Assembly: GCA_000165345.1 (NCBI GenBank)
Contig: CM000435.1
Span: 32,001 to 96,000, forward strand
DNA: 64,000 bases
Direction of reading: 5' to 3'
Shown here: positions 31,901 to 40,200 of the stretch, piece by piece
Numbering within the stretch: position 1 is the first letter of the stretch
Layout: every line of letters begins with the position of its first letter
Translations under genes and position numbers: made by a program
Notes under the pieces: generated by a model
Seen by the model: the letters and a program-made list of their open reading frames with translations, nothing else
The model's database searches: none
What the model was told of the DNA's origin: nothing

Positions 31901-32424
31901 CAACCTCAAACTCCGTCAAATGCGAAAAGGAGTCGGATATATACTTTTCGAGACTTGCAGATAAAATACACCATCTAGACCATCCATGCATAACTATGTA
32001 TACCCATAAAGATATCCCAAATACAATCATGTGCGGAATTACTCCTCCCTTAGCCGAAAAGATATGTCCTCAGATGGAATCAGAGTCTGATTCAACTCTA
32101 AACCCAGAATTCTTGAGTCCTCAGCAGCTCGCGAATATTTGTTTTGGGATACTTAAAGAAATTTCTCCAAAAGATCTCGAAATTGAGCTTTTGGACTTTT
32201 ATGTCAAAAGCTGGAAAGATGACCCCTATTACTTAGGAAGCATTCCAATTCATTCCAGCAATAGTAAGGAGTCCAATATTAATCAATTAATCAAACCACA
32301 TTTTGAGGGGCATTTGTATTTCGCAGGGGATGGAACTACTGTTGATGGATTTGGTTCTATTCAAGGAGCTCTTTTAAGTGCTAAAAGAGTGACTACCCAA
32401 GTTTCCCAATTTCTATCTAATTAA
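28927..32424 (+). CDS. Flavin-containing amine oxidase domain protein (LSD1/polyamine-oxidase-like) with a long Cys-rich zinc-finger-like N-terminal region
   Basis: 1165-aa intron-less ORF with an ATG start. FAD-binding Rossmann start YDVIIIGAGVSGLKSAEALLNKGLSVLVLEAQNIPFGRI at about aa 575. The C-terminal amine-oxidase signature is HLYFAGDGTTVDGFGSIQGALLSAKRVT. A large insert separates the two halves of the oxidase domain. The N-terminal 540 aa carry several CxxC/HxxC clusters (CFSCGS...CPSN...CVVETCGRSICNPC; CAICFQ...CVACGRFFCHLC...CALCQHL). Confidence 0.7.
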   Translation: MMNNIFGEPRNEFWYRINEQAAIRRNHPENDLLQISDSYNTPGIKNRFEGLISSYYQENNGSKNLLMNTGYHKNVTDKNSTMDKKNIGSTSIIRFHSHFLNMMKKGLICFSCGSILRSNFGSKINSDINSIQTCPSNSDVTGFTCVVETCGRSICNPCLQFSRVHDVSLFNSELSTCIICEYQNEYNQRNPINPRAPIEWHWTFHTPEDLTFLRKVRSGLINGNGLHIELSGKRQGCWRRRKDGKRKHFSFKQHGGFFESRAVALEFKAVQIKAGGQDYQSAPLMITAIGESYSEIVPRRIHRGNQELHNHQRLILSSINDGSCAICFQKQTNLCQNASTNTTIESRFSSCVACGRFFCHLCILYIRSSNPCSPIAAHFLSEKLICALCQHLSVQPTDKFAQFIHDFCSLLPSNTPLIKFDKYNMKWKTPYGSVSVVESGGILESRREAYCQLETGQSLEVTCSYDRNIFYGEIGNKLGYYTQFAKNGMLRVYGPFETYDEAGRRWDLDALKYYGAEKAMRKAFFPKLLTWLSLPQTLQRYFLAPWIVWSMDKDESCQKSQKKVGLTNNPITKTYDVIIIGAGVSGLKSAEALLNKGLSVLVLEAQNIPFGRISSYSQWTNHKRRLSSEICFYREKRDTRESSREADRKKNNDENAEELVSQLSEETVSIANELIRLSLELLEEVVIDMFHPLSTVLEPPIKEFMCKSGNDYFERVNPAKLVLQRIKEFGETVNWRWILINYCLPLSLKRLNIKNLSSFSKKYIEKATCGDYGENLFKNIEQFYWERLPRFVGFEELPWREYWCYPKNNLERLKFSASIFHHIQLQKESIIERSFDECDLIDCELQKLIQNNEILNNTHFNSPVSDILYNNETDQVNVRISNGTWFSSSCVICTLPIGVLKKSVQSSENNPGNSNKVQGAQCQLSNISSFKNSIKFIPPLPYETIRSIKLLEMNSYTELFLKLNINPILSNSGSTPSTNCNAISSSPSSIITTSNSVKCEKESDIYFSRLADKIHHLDHPCITMYTHKDIPNTIMCGITPPLAEKICPQMESESDSTLNPEFLSPQQLANICFGILKEISPKDLEIELLDFYVKSWKDDPYYLGSIPIHSSNSKESNINQLIKPHFEGHLYFAGDGTTVDGFGSIQGALLSAKRVTTQVSQFLSN

Positions 32425-32780
32425 TTAATTAACTGTTTCAACTTCTAATTATTGATCTCTTTTGGTCCTAAAACTAAAAATAGTAAGAATCCAACAAATA
32501 AAAAGGATAATTCAGAAACCTTAGAACTTTATTGATCTATTATTTAATATTTAGTCAATAAATATACTTAAAGTCGAAAATATTGTCCAAATAGTATTTT
32601 TGATGATTATCCAAAATAATTAAATATGAACTCCAAGTATAACTATGAACTTGGAAAGGCTTATCATTCAACTTTCCAAGGTTGCAAATTTGAATACAAT
32701 AATTAATTAAGGTAATTTTTATTCTATATATAATTATATCGAGGTAAGCTTTAATTAACTCACAAAAATAGTATTCCGAA

Positions 32781-33959
32781 TCATAATACAGCTCCAACAG
32801 TCGGCTTTGCATTTCTCTTATCGGAATCCCTCCTCCTTTTGTCAGAAGAAACACCTTTTGTTAAAGATCTACGACTAGCTCGATTGTTCTGCTGAACATT
32901 TTCATCATTAATCATTTCATTAAACCTTGAATGTAAATTTCTTGGAGATGGAAGAACAACTCTGCTATCCCACATAACATATTTAGATCTATCAATATCA
33001 TCAAACCATGGATGTAAAAGAGCGTTTTTACAAGATATCCTTTTGTTTGGATTACAAACCAATAATTTGGATAGCAAATCAATTGCAGAAGCATCAGCTA
33101 GCTTACAAAGGTTTTTAAGATTTTCCTGTACATTGCACGTCCACACAGGGAAGTTCTTGTCAAAGTATTTGAGCTTACCAATCTCAGGCCAACTTTCCTC
33201 AGTTGGGGTTCCAAAATACCTAAAAATCCTCCAGACCATATCTATTTCGCATTCTCCTGGAAGAAGTGCGTGACCGCCTCTTAGTAGTTCTGCCATTATA
33301 CACCCAACAGACCAGACATCTACAGAAGGAGAATATTTATCAATCCCCAATAAGATTTCTGGAGCTCTATACCACATAGTAAGAACATCATGGGTATACT
33401 CTGGTATTGGTAGTCTGCAGGCCCTAGCAAGGCCAAAATCACCAATTTTAAGAACGCCATCCATTCCCATAAGTACGTTTTGTGGCTTCAAATCACGATG
33501 CATTATATTGTGAGAATGGCAATATGCCATGCCATTCAATAGCTGAAACATTAATTCTTTAGCCCATGCGGTATGTTCTGCTATTGGATTCTTTAAATCA
33601 GGATATCTATCCCTCAATTGCTGAGTGTGAACTTTACAGTGTTTTTTCAAATCATTTGCACAGAGCTCAAAAACTCCCATTAATAATGGAGAGCCATCTG
33701 TTGGCCTGCTATAATGAACCTCATATAAGTCAACTATATTTGGATGGTTTAAAGTACGTAATATATCCAACTCACGAATAGAAGTGGCAGGAACCCCTTC
33801 ATCCTCGTGCTCTTCAAGGTGAAATAGCTTTATTGCCACAAGGTGGGTGGGGTTGTTTTGGTCATAAGCTTTCACAACTCGCCCGTATGTTCCACTTCCT
33901 AAATCTTGCAAAACTACATAACTTGTTGTTTTTGATTTAATCACCGTAGTTTGTTGCAT
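32781..33959 (-). CDS. Cyclin-dependent kinase family (cdc2-related) Ser/Thr protein kinase
   Basis: 392-aa ORF with an ATG start. Kinase motifs: G-loop LGSGTYGRV, PSTAIRE-like helix GVPATSIRELDILRTL, catalytic HRDLKPQNVL, DFG (IGDFGLAR), T-loop THDVLTMWYRAPE, and a CMGC-type insert. Basic C-terminal tail. Confidence 0.85.
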   Translation of the reverse strand: MQQTTVIKSKTTSYVVLQDLGSGTYGRVVKAYDQNNPTHLVAIKLFHLEEHEDEGVPATSIRELDILRTLNHPNIVDLYEVHYSRPTDGSPLLMGVFELCANDLKKHCKVHTQQLRDRYPDLKNPIAEHTAWAKELMFQLLNGMAYCHSHNIMHRDLKPQNVLMGMDGVLKIGDFGLARACRLPIPEYTHDVLTMWYRAPEILLGIDKYSPSVDVWSVGCIMAELLRGGHALLPGECEIDMVWRIFRYFGTPTEESWPEIGKLKYFDKNFPVWTCNVQENLKNLCKLADASAIDLLSKLLVCNPNKRISCKNALLHPWFDDIDRSKYVMWDSRVVLPSPRNLHSRFNEMINDENVQQNNRASRRSLTKGVSSDKRRRDSDKRNAKPTVGAVL

Positions 33960-34994
33960 TTCTTCAAATTAAGTAATTAACCTTGTGATTTGTATTTTTC
34001 TTAAATTTAAACTCATATAAACTATTAAAAAAATTAATCTCTTCCTTCTGAGTAAGAGCCAAATGCCAATAAGTTAATCCTTTTCCTTATTTAGCCTGTC
34101 CACTTAATTTTGCCACAACATAAGCTTTCTCTTAATATGTAGAAGTTTTAGTATAGTTTGATTTCTTTTTTACCTATATTGCGAAAAAAAATAACAATTC
34201 ACACTGCCAGGAGGCGAACCAAAAACTCTTCTTCTGATAAATCCTCTTCCACTAATCAATATTTCACGTGGTGGTATCTGCCACATGTAAAAAAACATTA
34301 CTAACACACTCTGCACACCCCACATTGCCCGCCCAATTCTTGCATGCACCTCACAAATTAATGTCGATAATCATTTTAATGAATGTTTTAGCAAATTAAC
34401 AATTTATTGGAATTAATTATAGCCACTAAAAAATATTATTAAGTAAAATAGTTTAATCTAAATGAGAAATATGGCCTGAGATTTAAGTCTGTTCAACATT
34501 TATTCTGGAAAAAATTATTGTTGGATGTAGCAGAGTAAATGGTAGAACTTAAATCGAGTAATGAATATTTTCTAAGAAAGTGAAATTATATGGTATGACA
34601 TTTCGTGCACCATATTTCTATTTTCTGTTCTTGTTACATCTTCATATCTCGTTTTAAAATAATTTTTTCCCATTTTATTTCTTTATTATAGTCAAAACTA
34701 AGGCGGGCACGTGTGGGTTATGTAATTTTTGTTCCACTAGCATGGAGGGAAATAATTAAATTTTAGTGTGGAAACAAAAATTGTCACTTATGAAAGGAAG
34801 AATTTATTAATATATATTTTTTTTCCTTACTTAGAGTTATTGCACATTCTTCTTTATTTAATTAAATTAAAAGAGCTGAAAGATGCTGATGGTTTGACAG
34901 GTTTAAGTTTGCTAGCCATTAATTAACTTTTTTGAGTAAGAATAAGTTAGACGGAGTATAATTTAGCTTTTTTTTTGTTTACATTAAGAAAAAA

Positions 34995-36935
34995 ATGAGT
35001 CTAGAAAATACTCATTTAGCTGAGAGTTCTGTAGGGGAATTTTCTATTCTGAAATATGTAAAGAGCGAAACTCTGGTAAATTTGTGGTTAACAGCATATT
35101 TCGAGAAAAGAATTAAAAAGAAACAGCTGATGAGCATTAATATTGATGAAAGCGTTCAAGAAATCATCAAAATTACAAATTCGGAAAATCAATGGATCCC
35201 ACTGAGGATTTCATGTGGTTTATTAACGGGTGTAGTTAAACTTTTTTGCCATAAAGTTGAATATCTTGATAACAAATGTACAACAGTATTCACAAGAATG
35301 CAGAACTTCAGTAAAAACTTGCACAACAATCCAAATAATTTGAATTCTAGCAAGTTTATTAATAAGGAAGGATCAAATCCCAAAATAGATAGGCCTCAAA
35401 ATCATTCGAAACAACTAAAAAGTGTAATAGACATTGAGGATATAAATCTAACTCTGAATATAAATGAGAATTCAATAGAACAGTTGGAAATGGTTCCATT
35501 ATCCCAAGTAACTGAGAGGAGCGAGAATCAAAATTTGGAACTGACTTTGAGTCAAAGAAGCGACCAGAATCTTTATCAAGCAGGTTCAATGCCAATTTTA
35601 CTAGATATGGAATTTGATGATTTCATTAACAATGAAGAAAATGAAGATGCAGATGTAGAAATGATGATAGAAGATAGATTGATAGTCAATGAGTCAGGAG
35701 TAGAGATTGATTTGGAGGCAAATATAGAAAAACGCCGTGGTGCAAGTGTGGATTTTGGTGAAATCTTGGCTAATGGACTAGAGGAAATTGGCTCCATTGA
35801 AAGAGGAAAACTGTCCGAACATGGTAGTAATGGAGATTTACTAGATATTGATAATAGCCACGAATATAGAGGAAGTATTAATACATTTAGAGCATCTCCC
35901 ATTTCCGGCTCAAATAGAGATAGCATCGGAGGATTTTCAGCTGTTTTGGATACGCTTGAAGATTCTGGAAATAGATTGAGTATTTCAGGAATTACTGAAA
36001 GTATTTTGGACAAAAACTCAATATTAAACAATATTTCAGCTTTGAATCTTCCAGAAATATCAAAATCTGTCAAAGTTAGTGAAGCTTATAGCGGAAGAGT
36101 AGGAACAAAAAGAATGAAAGTAATCGAGATTGCTCAAGATATTGTACTTTCTTCTAGGCCATTGGAAAATAGAGATAAAAGTCTAAGTATTGCTTTCTCT
36201 AATAGTAAATCGGATGTAAAGATATTGAAAAATTTAATTAATTTAAGTAAGAATTCTGAAATGGGGGTTTTAGGCCTCAACAAGACACTTCCAATACGAC
36301 TTTCTGACGGATTCCTCATGAGTTTTATAAGTAATGAAGGACATAGAGTTAAAAATATCAAGAAAAAAACCATCCAGAAAAACAATAAGTCTTTATTTAT
36401 ATCTGAGTCTGTTAAAAGAACTTCAAATCCTTCAATAGAAGCATACTCTTCATTTGAAAGCCTTGAAGACCATGCTGAACAGGAAATCTATACAAATTCT
36501 GTTTACGAAGAACTAAATCCCGATGAAGAATTCCAAATTAATACTCCTGTAAGAGGCAAAAAGTCGCAATCTCAAGAAGACTTTGACGAAAAGGATGAAT
36601 TAACCTTTACTCCTTGGACAAATTATTTTGGTACTGCGCAAAGAAATATTATAAACTTATCCCCAAATACTTACTATGATGATGAGAAAAAAATTCAATC
36701 GCTATTTTCATCAAGAGAGGTAAAAACAATGGAATATTTAAATTCTAAGTTTTCAAAAAGTGATAACCTAACTTTTGATGAACTTGTAAAAGGTAGCGAC
36801 GCTTCTGTAGTTGCTCCCATTTTCGTCCAAATACTACATTTAAAGTCAAAGTCTATGATAGATATTCAACAAGAAGAACCATTTGGTAAGATTAGTATTT
36901 TCCCAGTAGTAAATAATGCACATAAAATAATGTAA
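34995..36935 (+). CDS. RAD21: Cohesin kleisin subunit Rad21/Scc1
   Basis: 646-aa ORF with an ATG start. The conserved N-terminal kleisin domain is present: LVNLWLTAYFEKRIKKKQLMSINIDESVQEIIK...PLRISCGLLTGVVKLFCHKVEYL. The C-terminal winged-helix reads APIFVQILHLKSKSMIDIQQEEPFGKISIF. The middle of the protein is acidic and low-complexity. Confidence 0.8.
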   Translation: MSLENTHLAESSVGEFSILKYVKSETLVNLWLTAYFEKRIKKKQLMSINIDESVQEIIKITNSENQWIPLRISCGLLTGVVKLFCHKVEYLDNKCTTVFTRMQNFSKNLHNNPNNLNSSKFINKEGSNPKIDRPQNHSKQLKSVIDIEDINLTLNINENSIEQLEMVPLSQVTERSENQNLELTLSQRSDQNLYQAGSMPILLDMEFDDFINNEENEDADVEMMIEDRLIVNESGVEIDLEANIEKRRGASVDFGEILANGLEEIGSIERGKLSEHGSNGDLLDIDNSHEYRGSINTFRASPISGSNRDSIGGFSAVLDTLEDSGNRLSISGITESILDKNSILNNISALNLPEISKSVKVSEAYSGRVGTKRMKVIEIAQDIVLSSRPLENRDKSLSIAFSNSKSDVKILKNLINLSKNSEMGVLGLNKTLPIRLSDGFLMSFISNEGHRVKNIKKKTIQKNNKSLFISESVKRTSNPSIEAYSSFESLEDHAEQEIYTNSVYEELNPDEEFQINTPVRGKKSQSQEDFDEKDELTFTPWTNYFGTAQRNIINLSPNTYYDDEKKIQSLFSSREVKTMEYLNSKFSKSDNLTFDELVKGSDASVVAPIFVQILHLKSKSMIDIQQEEPFGKISIFPVVNNAHKIM

Positions 36936-37238
36936 TTAGCTCACAAAATATTATAGTAGACAATATTTTATAAGTTATGAAAAGTTTTAATAGCATGTCT
37001 AGTTATATTATTTTCAAAAAAAAAAAAAAACGCCGTTTTTACATTTCATTTTAACTTTTTTAATCATTCAATTTATATTTTGCCGGTATGCTTTACTGCG
37101 CATGCATATTATTTAAAAAAATATTTACTACATGCGCATGTATGTGGACAGGTCAAAAAGTTGCATGCAACAAATTTCTTAAAAAAACTTAATTAGAGCA
37201 GATTAGTAAAAAAGAGTAGGGAGTATTTTCTAGAAAAT

Positions 37239-40200
37239 ATGAAGAAAACAAGGTTAGATTGGTTGATTGCCTTTTTTCTATTTTTTGGGGTATCATTAAT
37301 AGAGGGTAAGAACGATGGAGGTATATTAGAATCAATCTTAGGAACAACTTTGAAGGAATTAGAGAAATCCATAATTGATACTCAGGATTTGGGAGAATCT
37401 AATGATACAAAGAAGTTGAACGAAACTCAAATATTAAGTGATGCATATGAAGCAAATATCAATAAAGATAGAGATAATGTGCCAGCAGCAACATCTTCAC
37501 TATCTAAAGCTTATAATCCATTAAAACTTGGAGAATTATTTATAGTACCATTAACTTCAGCAATAGCTGATAATTATTATCATAGTTATGGTCCAGATGG
37601 AAGAGATTTATTTTTACCAGAAAATGGTATCAGAAGAGGAATAAATCATTGGCTATCAGATGGAAATTCAATAAAGAAGGATATAGTTTACTTTACAGGA
37701 ATTCTTTCTGAGCCCAGAACAGTTTCAGGGATTGTAATTAACTGGGCTTCTTCTCCAGGAGAAGTTCGTATTGATGTTTCAAAAGATGGATATACCTTTG
37801 AGCAGGCAGTAGATTGGACTACAAATAGATTACCATCGAAAGAATTTGAGCAAAAGCTATATTTCAAAGAAAAGCCAATTCGTATTAGTAGAGTTAGAAT
37901 CGGGATGAGAAACCCAATTCACACCTTCTTCGGAATTAATTTCACAGGTTTGTTAGTTGTTGGTGCTCCAATTGTTCAATTAACAAGTGGTATAACATCA
38001 ATGACGGAAGAATTCTGTTGGCAAATTGAAAATGGTGATATTTATTCAAAGGGTGCAGAGCTCGTATTAGGAAGTTGTATTGAAGCTGTGGCATCTGGAG
38101 ATAGTAGAGAAATCTTTGAATTCAATAGTAAGGGTCAATTATTTAACCCAGTAAGTAAGTTGTGTGTACGACTTAAAGACAATGTTGTAGGTGGAGGAGC
38201 TCTGGTTTTGGATGATTGTCGTAAAGCTAGTGATGGAAGTGGATTATTCGAATTAATGCCAAACAATCAGCTCAGATTAGCTAGAGGTGGAAATCTATGC
38301 TTAACAAGTCCAGGAGATAAGCCAGGAGTCGCGAATGTTGCATTAAACTCAGCAGCCAGTTCCACAAGTGTGGTTAGAACAGGTATTGAGAATGGTCCAG
38401 CAATGGCTGTTGATGGAAAGGATACATCATATTGGTTGTCAGATTCTTTAACTCCTGGTAAAGATTCTGCAAATGTTAACTTTTTGATTGATACCGGTTC
38501 AGTTACAAAACTTAAAGATATCTTTATTGAGTGGAAATATCCTGCCATTGACTTTAATATTGATTTAAGTGAAAATGGAAAGGAATATCAAACCCAAGTT
38601 TCTGTGAATAATAATGGATTAATGTCAACCACTTATTCATTAGAAGGAAAGAAAGCAAGATATGTCAAAATTCAAATGACAATTCCAAGCCAAGATGAGA
38701 CAGGGAAATATGTGTATGGTATCAAACAGGTGAGAATATTCAGTAATACTATGAGAAGTGCTGTTGAGGATTGTAGTAGTGTTAAACAACATAATGATGG
38801 TAGAGACAAAATATTCCCACTCCCATATAATGGTGATAATTTTGCACCCGGATTATTGTTAAAGGCTCACGGAATTAGTGTAAAGAATAGATTAAATGAA
38901 TTACAAGAGCTTTCTGGTAAGGTAACTTCAATATTACCAAATTTGGATGCATGTAGAAAGACTTCTGATGGAAGAGATAACACATTAAAGATGCAGGCAA
39001 CCAAATTAGGATTTTTGTCAGAAAAATTGGAGAAATTAACTTCCGACTATAATCTCGAGTATAAGTTTACGAAGCCAGCTTTAGGAGGTTCCGAGTTATA
39101 TCCAGGGGAAGATTGTGTTGCTATTAAGAATGATAAGACTCAGGAAGCCATTAGTGGTTTTTATTATGTTAGACCATTCTGTTCAACCAAACCATTGAGA
39201 GTTTACTGTGATATGAACACTGGAAATACAATCTATCCAATGGAAATGAGTGTTCATTCTTCCAGAGCAGCTTCTTCAGCATGTGCAACTGTTGGATTAA
39301 AACCATTATTGTTAAGGGACAAAAAGGAATCTGTTGTAGGTATTAAGAAGATGTTGAATATGATGAATATTAATGATAATAGAAGAGTTATTCCTTTGAC
39401 TCACGACTTTGGTTGTGATAATCCTAAAGGATGCAATTCACAATTTACACAGTTAGGCAGTGGTGTTGAAGAATTTGTTGCTGCATCTCCTCAGGCAGCA
39501 GCTTCAAACTCTACATCTGGAGCACTTCCAGAACTGGTTCTTTGCAGTACAAATACCAATTTGAAGCATGAAAGCAATGCAATTTCCTTGTCTTGTGAAA
39601 GCAGATTCTCTGATATGAAGGTATTTAAATCATCTCCTCTCTTAACTTCAATTCTAGTCAAGTGTCCAACGTCATGCAATCCAGAAAATGGAGGAGTCGT
39701 AATAGGTTCTGATGTATACAGAGATGATAGCAGCATTTGTTTGGCAGCAATGCATGCTAATACTCTCAATAGATCAACTGGACTTGCTCAAATTACTCCA
39801 ATTGAAGGGTTGGAAAGCTATGGAGCATCCATTAAAAATGGTATTTCTAGTGTTGCTTATACTGGAAAGCGTTGGAAGAAGAGTTTCGTAACTTCCAAAT
39901 ACGAAGGATTATGTCCAAGTGATAGTAGTCTTTCAATGTTAATTTCATTTGTAGAATTGGAAAATAAAGGAAATGAAAATGTTAACATTACCAGCAACTA
40001 TACAATGCCTCAAGCAAAATCTCTTGGAATGGGAGTAGCTGTGGATACTTTTGAAGCAATCAATATGATGGAACGTTATATGGATAACATTGGTGGTATT
40101 ACTTATTCTCCAGCAATGAAAGAGTCTATTGGTGGTAGCCAAGTTTTGGTTTCAAAGGTTAGAAGTCAGTTAAAACCAACTCAAATTATGGATTACCATA

